A stretch of 43,138 bases of DNA, taken from Octopus bimaculoides (lineage: Eukaryota). Both the position numbers and the translations under genes were made by a program. The stretch is taken from the NCBI RefSeq assembly GCF_001194135.2, contig NC_068982.1, forward strand, positions 183,447,957-183,491,094, read 5' to 3'. The notes below the pieces were generated by a model. That model was not told the DNA's origin and did no database searches. It worked only from the letters and a program-made list of their open reading frames with translations. Within the stretch, counting starts at the first letter, position 1. The number at the start of each line of letters is the position of its first letter. This document shows, piece after piece, positions 25,170-36,459 of the stretch.

Positions 25170-25930
25170 ATGATGGCTGTCCACCTGTGACTGAGGAAGA
25201 CCGTTCCTGACCATTGTCCATAGAAAATGCCAGCAACTCCCGTGCCAGTCAGCTTCACCCGGGTTCGCGTCCGCGGCTTCCATGCTCGTCACGGCACCCT
25301 TGATTGTCGCCTCGCCGGCGATTGCGTAACCTAAAAGTTTAGGTCCAATAAGGCTTGCACAGCATCTCAAAGACCCTCTCCACTCTACAGACATGGTCCA
25401 GAGACAAGCCATGGCAAGGTATCCAGTGCCAATATGGGTCGCAGTGTCAAGAACGTGGGAGCGCCATGATCTGAAGCTCAAGCAAACAATCTCCAAAATG
25501 TTTAATGCCATTCCCTGCGTATCTGGTTTTATATCAGTAACCGTCTAGAGACCTACTTTAACAAAAGCTGAGGGGTACATCGCTCCCAGTGGTCATCCAG
25601 CATACCAGACATCAATCTGATATTTCTTAGGACCCATGTTATTAGCTAGCTAGTCGTTGAACCTACACTAGGTTCACCCGTTCTTTTCTATCGGGTCACT
25701 TTTGCGGTATTTCATGCATGCTACTGGTAACATGGAAGCCAGTACAACTTGTTGCATGGTCGGGTCGCCAGCGACTAAACTGGCACTGCCACTAGGCTTG
25801 CCTGGTGAGGAGGGTTGCTCAAAACCCAGTCGGACTAAAAACAAGACCTATCAAAAGGACGAATGAACGTACAGAATCCGATGATGGCTTAGCTGGCCAA
25901 AACTTCGAAGTTACCGTCAAAACTATTCTT
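25170..25930 (+). mobile_element. GC-richer repeat-like block, possibly the 5' UTR of an RTE-like LINE
   Basis: Abrupt start after a (CATA)n tract and clearly higher GC than its flanks. The segment ggcactgccactaggcttgcctggtgaggagggttgctcaaaaccc resembles RTE 5' regions as I recall them. No endonuclease ORF follows. Confidence 0.4.
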
Positions 25931-26734
25931 GTTAAAGAATAATACATTTGGACTTTACCAAATGTAATGCGTAATCCTTCAGTTTAATGTATAACTGTTT
26001 GTATTATAACATAAAAACAAACAATATATATAGAGCGGGGAGAGAAATTATATATTAAATTTATTAAACATATGCATGTATATACACTCCCTAAGCAAAT
26101 GAGAGGGACAGGGTGTATAAAATAAAAAATTTTAAAATACAGTGAACAAGGGGTGAATGCAATGACGCAGTTATACGATCTGTTTAGTCCATTCTATCCT
26201 GCGTATACACAAACTCTGTAAGAAATTATAAACACAGATAATTGTGCGCGCATATATGCATACGTGTGTTTAAAGATGTATACATGTGTGCGCATGTGTT
26301 TGAATGTGTGTGTGTATGTGTGTGTGTGTGTTTGAATGTGTGTATATGTTTGTTTACGCGCGCGAACAATGGCGTGTACGAGTGTGTGTATGTGTTATAG
26401 ACTTCGTAATATAAACATTTTCTTAGTTTGAAATAGGGGACCACTGCCTGATTGGTAACAAAAGCAGCCAAATCTCCCTCAAGTCACTCTCTGACATTTG
26501 AAGGAAGTAACGAGATAGTGGATAATAGGGTCCTAACAGGGTACGAGACTGAAAAATATAAGCAAAGAATAAGACTGAGCAATCGAGGTAGAGACGGTAG
26601 TAGACGTACGTCAGGGGTTGTTCCTACCGCACGTTTGTGTACGTCTGTGTATACATGTGTGAGTACATGCATAGTGACATAAACATGTGTGTGTGTGTGT
26701 ATACATGTGTGCATATTTACATATGCATGTACAA

Positions 26735-26769
<35 letters not shown>

Positions 26770-26812
26770 CATATAAACTCCGCCAATAATCACATACACA
26801 CGCACACACATA

Positions 26813-27005
26813 TAGGTTTCAAATTTTGGCACAAGGCCAGCAGTTTCGGGGCAAGGGGAAAGTTGATTACGGCGACGCCAGTGCACAACTGGTACTTATT
26901 TATCGACCCCGCCAAAAGGATGAACGGCAATGTCAACTTCGACGGTATTTGAACTCTGAACGTAAAAACGAAACGAAATACCACTAAACATTTTTGCCTA
27001 GCATG
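26813..27005 (-). mobile_element. SINE family A-related copy, diverged
   Basis: The reverse complement contains gagttcaaatacc...cattcatccttttggcggggtcgataaataagtaccag...ggccttgtgccaaaatttgaaacc. Confidence 0.75.
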
Positions 27006-27086
27006 CACACGATTGCTTGCTCGCCACCTTCATATATGTGTGTGTGTATGTGTGTTGACGTGTATATATATATAATGATTTTATGC

Positions 27087-27119
<33 letters not shown>

Positions 27120-29394
27120 TGTGTGTGTGTGTGTGTGTTGTTAGCTGTCAGGACACTGCATCCTTCAAGAATTCCATGCTTCCCGAAATTCACCAACACT
27201 AGTCTTTCACGTCGTGCCTATGCAGCACTCTTTCCTCTTTATTGCTCTTTTACTGTTCACTTGTGTTTTATTGTCTTTCATCCTGTGTACTCTGCATGCA
27301 CGTTTGGCTATCATTGCTGCTTTTATTTACATGACTTATTAATGCTTTTCTGATCCGTCTTTTACCCTCTAACCGACGAGTTTCTATAGTGAACCTAAGC
27401 ACTCTATAAAATAAACCTCATGAAAAACTTCCAAACAAACTGAACACTGTCTTTGTAGTGTCGCTCTTATCTGATGCCCCTGCGGCAAATAAAAGAAACC
27501 GTTATCATCATAACTTTTATCATTATTTAATAGATTTGAATGTGTATATATGTGTGTGTATATATGTGTATATATGTATGTATATATATATACACACACA
27601 TTACGTTCATACATTTGTGTATGTGTGTGTGAAATATTGTCACATATTTGCTTATATAAATACATGTAATCGTATATACATACAATATAAATAAATGTAT
27701 ATACACATACATAGAATTACATACATGTAATCTTGTTCACTGAGTTATAAATTTATATATTTATTTCGTTGTGTGTTTAAAATTATGCTTTGGAATTTGT
27801 ATTGATTGCCTGGATGTGTTCCTTCTATAATTCCCCTTAATCTACACATACATATATAATCATATGAACATTCCTGTGTGTGTGTATACGCATGCACACA
27901 TACATAGACGTGTGTGTGTATACGCATGCACACATACATAGACGCGTGCATATATATATATGTGCATTTACACCTGTGTATATATGAATATATACAAATC
28001 TATGTATGTGTACAGACCCATAAACATACACAATCATGCAAAGAAATCCTTAAGTATATACACGTACCTATGTATATAACTGTGTGTGTGGGAGTGTATG
28101 CTTATGTCTGTGTGCGCGCGCGCGCGTGTATGTATGAGCGTGTGTGTGTGTGTGTGCAGAGAAGGAGAGAGAGGGAGAGAGACAGGGAGAAGATACACAT
28201 GAACGGGAACATGTCGAAATGGTAAAAACTTAGGCTAAGCCATCAGTAGTTTTTGTGTTCGATCTCACTGCGGCAGCATGCGAGGCATGCGAATTCTATC
28301 GTAGTATCGAAGGAGCCAGGTCTTGTGGGTGGAGCTGGGTAAACGGAAGCTGTTTGGATGCCTGCAGGGTGGACGACGACAACTAGAATTCAAAAAGGCC
28401 AAGTCTGTCAGTTTGTCACGCTCATTTTATCTCTGTTACGGAAAAATGTGTTTGAAGAATACTCGACTACGTAGACACTATTTTTATGAGATATTTCTTT
28501 CTGTTCGGTTCAAGTGATCGAACAGTTAAGACATTCACTGTCGCACTTGCCCAAGATCCATTTGATTTTTAATTTGAGAACATTATATGAATACACACAC
28601 TATACAATATATTCCTATATAAATACAAATATTTCTATACGCAAACTCTCATATATGTACATAGAGACAGACAGACAGATAGATGCCCATATACGTACGG
28701 AATTATACATACATATAGGAGAGTTTCACGTTCTTTAGCAAGATATTGGAAAACTGAGCCCTAGGACCCTAAGCTGTTACAATATTGGGTCCTCAGTTTG
28801 GTATTTATGCTGTGGCATCCAGTTTCCTGGATGGGTATGTTTTACAACTCCAAAGTTAGGTGCTTAGACCCTCCAGGATCTTTATTAAATGTATCAATGC
28901 ATATCAAAAGCGAAAATGATTAAGACTTCTTTATAATTCCTGTTAGAGTTTGAAACCATCACCTATGTGTGTGTGTGTGTGTGTGTGTGTGTATGGATGG
29001 ATGGATGCATGAATGCATGTCGGTCTATGTGTGTAATGTATACATGAATATATATTTTCACACATATATATATACCTGTTTGTATATGTGTGTAAAAATA
29101 TATATATACACACAGAAAAATATGTGCATACATACATATACACATACCGGCCATAACCAGTGACTACATTATATATATATATATATATATATATAACGAT
29201 TGCAGCGTGGAAGGTATATATTAACAATTCAGAAACACAAACACCATTAACTTCACTTAAACATTTATTTGTTATATATGGTGTCAAAATTTATCGTCGC
29301 TCCAAACTGCGACTTGGTCAGGCATATAAGCATAGAGATACACATATATATATTTACACACAGATGCACAAACACATACACACACATATTGCCT

Positions 29395-29790
29395 CGCCTA
29401 TTTCTATCCTCATTGCTGGGATTCGGGGACTATGGACACATGCAACATCTCCCTCCCTCGATTCCTGCGCCTGGTTATGATTGCGCATTATGCCAGAGGT
29501 TTTTCCGGTCCATCATCCAACCAGTGTCTTCTGGGCTTTCCCCGTCTCCATCCTCCTAACTTCCCACTGATTCTAGGATGTGGATGCAGAGCTTCTGAGC
29601 CCTGATGACATGCCTAAAATACTGCAGCTTTCTTTTTTCCTGTCAGTTGCTTCTTTCGGTTCCCATTTCATTAAGCACCGACTCGTTTGTTCAATGGTCA
29701 GTTCAGCTGATCCTCAGTACTCACAGGTTGGACGTGGTTGCGAACGCTTTGAATTTAGCAATAGGGTCCAACTATCACATCCATGCAGTG
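29395..29790 (-). mobile_element. 3' fragment of an RTE-clade LINE
   Basis: The minus strand gives KKRKLQYFRHVIRAQKLCIHILE, with frameshifted context resembling the RTE C-terminal ...KRKL.YFGH..R.......ILEG...G.R.RGRP motif. Confidence 0.7.
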
Positions 29791-30565
29791 CAATAGATTA
29801 AACTAGTATGTGTATGAATATTAAGTCCTCTAAGAATTCGTAAATCAGAAAGAAAAAACTAGGCACTCATGTATTTGTCAATAGAGCGTATCCACATTTA
29901 TATTATATGTATATATATACACATACATACACATACCTATACCTTTATACACATATTTGCAATAATAGATAAATACACACAGCACACACACATATATAAT
30001 GTATTACATATATAGAGGAAGAGGATACACACACACACTTTATACATCCGCATTTATTATTTTTAAAGTAATTTTCAACACAACAGAACGTGTTATGGGG
30101 AGACTTTGTTAAACGCATAGTTGAATTAGTTTATAAATGTTCGTATAACTGAGGTTCCAAGCCACCTGGCGAAACTTAATGCCAATCTCAACGAATCTTA
30201 CAATTTATACATACACATCTGCCTATGTAATGTGCATTTACGTATATATCTATAGATGTGTATATGCACATCTTATCACACATACACACATATATGCATA
30301 ACTTGTTTCCAAGTCATCACATGGATGTTCAAATATAGGAAACTCGATTGTTGTTGATGGTGAATTATCAACAGCACGTATGTATAATCAAATGTGAGCT
30401 GGTTATAATAAACAAGCTATAAATGTATAGAACGATGGTTTGGTTAAGACAAAAAGAAATAATTGAATAACTATGAGCGTATAAACAGTCAAAAGTTGGC
30501 AGTGTCTACATTACACGTTGTAGTTGTGTGTGTACGGTACCATGTCTGGCATGTATACACACAGA

Positions 30566-30617
<52 letters not shown>

Positions 30618-31554
30618 AGGCAATCAACTCTTGTTCAGCTGTAAACCAATATTTTACATGAAGTAAAAATGACTAAAATGAATAAATATTGTAAAAATAT
30701 TAAATAATGTTTCTGTCTGTAGTGTCAATAGGAGTGCGTGCGTGTGTGTTTATGCCAGTTGTAATGTACGTATGTAATGTGTGTATGTGTGAACTATTGT
30801 ATTGCTGTATTTATATATCTGTGATATTCCAACATGTATGTATATGTTACTATGTTATTCTCTTGTAATGTGATGTTTATAACTATGCGTTTTACACATC
30901 TGTGTGACGTGCGTGTGTCTGTGTGCCCGTGTTGTGTATGCCAATGTGTAGTGTTTAAGTATGTTACTGTGTATACATATCTGTGATATAATTATATATG
31001 TGCTTGTGTATGTACTTGTGATATGTATGTATATAATTGTGTGTTTATGCATGTCTGTGATGTAAGTATATGTGTGCTTGACAAAAGTAATTGTAAGCAA
31101 GGTGTGTATATTTGTGTTTGTAACTGTGTTTAAAATGATCTGTACACATATAACTGTCTGACAGACAATGTAAATTGTACGTGTAAAACTGTATATAATG
31201 GTGTATATCTGTGTACGGGTGTATATTATGCACATATGTATGTGTTCGTGTTTTAATGTATGTTTGCGACGTGTGTGCATTTCTGTATTTTTATATATAT
31301 ATAACATTGTGTGCCTGCAATTAGATGTAGGATGTATAGATGTGTTTATGTATGTAATTGAATGTGTGTCAGTATGTTTATGTAAATAATGGTTTGTACG
31401 CATGTGTGTGAAGAGAAACTATGTAATTGTGTTGTATAAAATCTTGTATAAAAAGAATTTTTGTGTAAATATGAAACTATCTTTACAATTGTAAGGTTTA
31501 TAACTGTCCATAAGCGTGTATATGTATTGTGTGTACGTGTGTTTAAGTCTATGG

Positions 31555-31654
31555 GTATATAACTGTTTGTGTGAGTATAAGTGTGTATATAACTGGTTGT
31601 ATGAGTCTAAGTGTGTATATAAATGTTTGTATGAGTCTATATGTGTACATAACT
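31555..31654. repeat. 30-bp tandem repeat, about 3.3 copies
   Basis: Unit gtatataactgtttgtatgagtctaagtgt with an exact 30-nt period. Confidence 0.9.
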
Positions 31655-32019
31655 CAGTAAGACGAAAAGAACAACGACTGGAAGAGGGCAGGAGGGATGG
31701 GGCGGGAGTGATTCGGGTGAATGAGTCAGGGAGGTGGGAGGCGCGGGAGGAGTAGAGATAATAAAAAGATGCGTAAGGGGTGGGAGAAGGGAAGAAAAAA
31801 TGTGATGGGAGGGTTTGTCGGGATAGAAATTGGTGGTGGCAGGAGGGGGTAGAAGTGATGAGTGGACAAGGAATGGAATGAGGGGCAAAAATTAAAAACA
31901 AAACATAACAGCAAAACATTGAATAAAGAAATATTACAGGTAAAAAAAAAAGAAAATGTTTTTCTCCCTTTCCCCACCCTCTCTCCGCCGTTGTACCTCC
32001 TTTAAATCAATCATTATTG

Positions 32020-32025
32020 ACTTAC
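32020..32025 (-). other. 5' splice donor (GCG|GTAAGT, phase 0) ending the SAM exon
   Basis: The minus strand reads CCT TAC ACC ACT GCG | GTAAGT CAA TAA. This is a consensus GTAAGT placed just after the conserved PPY motif. Confidence 0.75.
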
Positions 32026-32598
32026 CGCAGTGGTGTAAGGTGGACCAGACAGATCGATCTCATCTCGAACAAGTTTGTCACGGATAATATGTTTTAACTG
32101 TATCTTGGGGTAAGTCAACAATGCAGACTTGCCATCTTCATAATCATTGGGCAGACGACGGGAAGAATGGATCGGTTCGTTTGTGGAACAATCTCCGCTG
32201 TGATCTCCGTTATTGCCACCACCAATACCACTACCACTACCACCACCCAGACACACCAAACCACCAGTTCTATGGTAAGTGCTATCTGTGTTGTTAGCGG
32301 TGGTGGTACAAGCCACATGTCCATGACCGTCTACTATACTAGCAGCCACACCAATATCATTGTTGGGTTTTTCGAGGGTAAAATAAACGGCCGTTCCACC
32401 TTGTTCACGAAGAATTCTCACAGCATCCAAGATTCGCTGGCGATGTTCCTGTTTGAAGACTCCTATGGCGTCCAAGTCGGGATCGCCGATCTGTTTGCAA
32501 ATTTCCAGATCATCGTAACCATTATCCAAGAAGGCTTGTGTGTAGTGCACCAGATTCAAAGAACGCAGCCAATCTGTAACTATGTTCCAGTCGGCCAT
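32026..32598 (-). CDS. SAMD5: First coding exon (191 codons) of a SAM-domain protein, SAMD5 / SKIP / SASH1-like family; read-through into the intron gives a 194-aa ORF (32014-32598)
   Basis: Translation [47 protein letters not shown]...HRQRILDAVRILRE...VYFTLE is a SAM domain matching the N-terminus I recall for SAMD5 (NIVxEWL...[25 protein letters not shown]...YFTLE). A second box, LLTYPKIQLKHIIRDKLVRDEIDLSGPPY (aa 160-188), matches the recalled SAMD5 C-terminal motif YPKxKLKxxIRDKLVRDGIxLSxPPY. Start context GACATGG is favourable. There are no internal stops. Orthology (SAMD5 versus a longer SASH1/SKIP-like gene) was not tested. Confidence 0.88.
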
Positions 32599-32601
32599 GT
32601 C

Positions 32602-32616
32602 CTAAAGGCAACGAAA
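32602..32616 (-). promoter_or_regulatory. Candidate 3' splice acceptor 3 nt upstream of the ATG (possible 5'UTR intron)
   Basis: The minus strand reads tttcgttgcctttag|gacATG: a pyrimidine-rich tract followed by TAG. Confidence 0.4.
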
Positions 32617-33291
32617 TACCACACATACACAAGACACACACCTCTTCGGCTTTCACTCATACACAACATATATAGCTATATGTAGATGTATGTAAATATA
32701 TATTTATATATATATACAGAGATAGAGAGATAAAGGCATATAAATATTTATATATTTATATGTATTTTTCTATATATATACACACACACACACTCTCTCT
32801 CACGCGCGTATACAAATTAACTCAATCGCGCACCTAGGTGAAAATACATGTATACACAGAAATATATTTACAAGCTATATAGGAAGAGTACTTACACAAA
32901 CACATGTATATTTAACACACACTCGCATACAGAGAGATAGATAGACCGACTAGGAGACCAAACCAGACGAAAGCTGCTTCCTTCGTTAAGAACTTTAGAT
33001 ACATAGATATACAGAGTGGGGAAAAAAGAGAGAGAAGCTGACAGTGGTGGTGATGGTGGTGGTGGTAGTGGTAGTGGTGGTGGCAGCGGGTATGGATTCC
33101 TCGGTTTGGTGTCTTGTTGGTATCCACTCACAGAATATTTTGTATTCCTCCTGTACTATTCCATCTTTACGGCATGTATATATGTGTGTGTATATATATA
33201 TACATATAATATATATATATATATATATTATGTTTATGTATGTATATATATATTCACACAAATCTGTTTTGATTATATGTATGTATGTGTA

Positions 33292-33324
<33 letters not shown>

Positions 33325-33329
33325 ATATA

Positions 33330-33660
33330 TCGTTACGTCGAAGCTGCTGCTGTTGTTGTTTGTGTTCTTTTTGTAATGTGTGTGCCCCCCCTTACGGAGC
33401 CTACACCGAGCTGAGTTCCATTCCAGCTAGCAGGACTCCTCGAACTACAGTAAGCTTGCCTGCCGAACACACACACGCTCGCGCGCGCACATTCATTCGT
33501 ACACATACACTAGAAAGAGGCGCAGCTACTCTAACGTATTAGCATATACATTGACACACACTCGCACACGCAAGAAGGGGAGGAGGAAGAGTAAGACCAA
33601 GAGAGAGAGTGAGAGAGCTGCGGTGACGTTTGGCGTGTTAACATAGCTTATACTCTGCCT
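33330..33660 (-). promoter_or_regulatory. Candidate promoter or 5'UTR exon region of the SAM gene
   Basis: Locally GC- and CpG-richer, non-TE sequence (e.g. cgctcgcgcgcgcac, gctgcggtgacgtttggcg) about 0.7-1.1 kb upstream of the ATG. It contains a possible donor CC|GTAAGG on the minus strand near 33395. Inference only. Confidence 0.3.
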
Positions 33661-35084
33661 TTTCCCCTTTCTCTTTTTTTCACTGTCATTCGTTTCTTTT
33701 TCTTCTCTTATACTCCTCATACTCTCCTCTCTGTATCATCTCTTCCCCCGACTCTTTTTGCTTATTAATGTTGCTGTTGATGCTGATGCTCTTACCGCTG
33801 TCGTACACCACTTCAACCTCCCCTTTCACTATTCTTTCTTTCTTCCTCTTACTTTTCTCCTCCCTTGCCTTCCTCCCCTTCCTCTCCAAACTCCTTCTGA
33901 TGCTGAATTCCTCTCTCAGTTCTCTTTGCTTATGATTTCTTTATCAGGCCCTCTCACCAATACCCCAACGGCCTGCCACTCCAGTGATGTTTGCAGTAGT
34001 AGCAGTAGTACGGCTAATAGTAGTATTAGTAGTAAAGACAGTAATAGTAGTAGCAGCAGTAGTAACCTCTAGTTGTCCGATGAGGATGGCGATGGCAACG
34101 ACAGTAAAAAAAAAATGAAGGGGAGGATTGAGATTTAGATAAGAGAGGGGGAATGTGAGCGGAGTAGGAGGAAGCAATGTGAGGGAGGTAGAGAATAGCA
34201 ATATAGTGACGTAATATAGGAGATAGGAGAAAGTGGGAGGGTGAGGAAGAAAGATGTTTAAAGAAAGAGTAAAAGTTATTGAGAGAGTGTGTATATAGCT
34301 AGCAGACGAGAAGGGAGAAAGATAAGTAAAGGGTTTACAGTAAGAGACAGGGAAAGACAGAAAGAAACAAAGAGGGTAGATGGGAGAGATGAGTGTGCAA
34401 GAAAATGTATGAAAGAGAAAGAGAGAGAGACATAGAGAAAATGAGTGCGTGTGTATGTTTATATTCGCAGATAACATGAGAAAAGGAAACAATGTGGATG
34501 TTTGTATGGATATGTTTGTGTGTATGTGTACGTGTGTGAGAGTGTGTGTGTGTGTGTATGTGTGCGTTTGTGTATGTGTAAGGAACACGGATAAAGAAAG
34601 TGTACGGAAGGCGAATAAGTAAAAAGAGTAAGGGTTAATGAGAGAGGTGTAAGGGAAGCGTGAGGGGAGAAGGGGAGAGAAAGAGATAGTGAACGGGGTG
34701 TATGGAAGAGTGAGAGGAATAATCGAGTAATGATGGAAAAGGAGTAAAGTAGTGAAAGACAGGGTGGATGAAGGGGAGAGGTGTAGAGGAAGAGGCTAAT
34801 TAGCTGTACATACACGCATGTATGTATGTATATATATATATATATATATNNNNNNNNNNNNNNNNNNNNNNNNNNNNNNNNNNNNNNNNNNNNNNNNNNN
34901 NNNNNNNNNNNNNNNNNNNNNNNNNNNNNNNNNNNNNNNNNNNNNNNNNNNNNNNNNNNNNNNNNNNNNNNNNNNNNNNNNNNNNNNNNNNNNNNNNNNN
35001 NNNNNNNNNNNNNNNNNNNNNNNNNNNNNNNNNNNNNNNNNNNNNNNNNNNCACTCACGAATTTGAATGAAACTGTTTTGATCC

Positions 35085-35102
35085 ATATATATATATATAT
35101 AT

Positions 35103-35145
<43 letters not shown>

Positions 35146-35300
35146 CATAGACAGACAGACAGACAGACAGATACATACATACATACATACATACATACAT
35201 ACATAAATTGCTTCGCTGATTGATTGATTGATTGATTGATTGATACGTACATACGTGCATGTATATACACATAGTTACACACATGCACATGCGTGTACGT

Positions 35301-35344
<44 letters not shown>

Positions 35345-35440
35345 CCGTGTGCACGCGATCCGAACTATAACAATTTCCTGCTCAAACATCAACCATCACC
35401 ACGGATTCTACTACTATTACTATCACTACCACAACGACAG

Positions 35441-35487
<47 letters not shown>

Positions 35488-35530
35488 ACTACTACTACTG
35501 CTGCTGCTGCTACTACTACTACTACTACTC
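35085..35530. repeat. Compound microsatellite cluster: TA, GATA, GACA, CATA, GATT, CA, then CTA/CTG triplets
   Basis: Read directly from the sequence. Confidence 0.95.
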
Positions 35531-35791
35531 ACTTATTCTGGTCTTGTGTAGCTATCTTGTATAACAATGTGCCAGAGGGACGATAATGGGGTATTGAGCA
35601 GCATGTTGATTTCTTGAGCCCTCTGTTGAGATCTTATTGAGGATTGTTAATAATATCGGGACTCTTGCTTGCTTGGGATCTTTCTGTGGATTTTTAATAT
35701 CATTCGGGGATTGTTCATTGCCCGAGTTGTTTATGTAGGTCTTATATGTCATTGCGACTTTTGGTTGTCTTTGATATTTAATTGTCTAATA

Positions 35792-36097
35792 CAGGGGTTT
35801 TCAAACTTTTTGACTTGCGGACCCCTTTATATTTCAGGCTTTACCTTTATATTTCAGGCTTTACCCTTATAAACGCATATGAAATTTATACATAAATATT
35901 TGCTTAAAATAACATATATTTTTACATTTATTTATTTAACAGTATTTAACAAATAGGTTTATTGTCAATTAAAAGATTTCGATTAAAAAACATATATAAA
36001 ATCAAATCGCCCATAAAAAGTATTTGCTGTCTACGGACATCCTGTCTTGTCCTTGCGGACCCCCTGTGGTCTGCGGACCACAGTTTGAAAACCCCTG
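35792..36097. mobile_element. hAT-superfamily MITE (306 bp)
   Basis: Perfect 16-bp TIRs CAGGGGTTTTCAAACT and AGTTTGAAAACCCCTG. An exact 8-bp TSD, GTCTAATA, lies at 35784-35791 and 36098-36105. There are subterminal GCGGACC motifs. Confidence 0.95.
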
Positions 36098-36459
36098 GTC
36101 TAATATCATCAGTAGAGCTATACAAGCTAGCTGTTGCAATAATAAGTATACATAGTGAACCATTAGATATAATAATGGCACTCCAAGACAGTTCCTTGTG
36201 GTACTCAGCGCGGGATGCTCGACTGAGAATAGTTGTCTGCAATAGTTTGGTTCCTTTCTTTTAAGAAATCGTTCTAGTTTTCCTGCTTTGCGGAAATTAT
36301 ATAAGTTGTGGCCTATTTTCTCACAGTCAACGTTCTGGAAAAATCCTTGCCAAGTCCAACTCTACATCTGTGTTTGAGTGCCAATACAATTTACTTAACT
36401 TACAATCGGCGCTGGATTAACCAATGAGCAAAATAAACACGTGCTAAGGGCATCAAACT

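Noticed and set aside
25290-25360. HDV-like ribozyme fold in the putative RTE 5' block
   Set aside because: P3-like and P4-like hairpins exist, but I could not place P1 and P2 with the required nested double-pseudoknot geometry. It is left only as a test to run.
24954-25511. 185-aa minus-strand ORF
   Set aside because: It spans a gap and a microsatellite, and the remainder is the antisense of a GC-rich repeat block with no domain signature.
2000-29790. Strand bias of retroelements within the presumed intron
   Set aside because: Sense and antisense copies are about equal in number by my count (roughly 8 each), so there is no signal.
31555-31654. Regularly spaced 30-bp units (also the 16-bp, 27-bp and 70-80-bp repeats) as a CRISPR-like array
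   Set aside because: The units are head-to-tail with no unique spacers, there are no cas genes, and the context is eukaryotic.
131-31919. Dozens of long ORFs in the supplied track (YIYIYI, HTHTHT, CVCVCV, LSLSLS, poly-X)
   Set aside because: They are translations of TA, CA, GA and ATC microsatellites or of N-gaps, which lack stop codons. They have no protein-like content.
32167-32685. 172-aa plus-strand ORF overlapping the SAM exon
   Set aside because: It is an antisense shadow of the real exon, with a Thr-rich low-complexity run and no recognisable motif.
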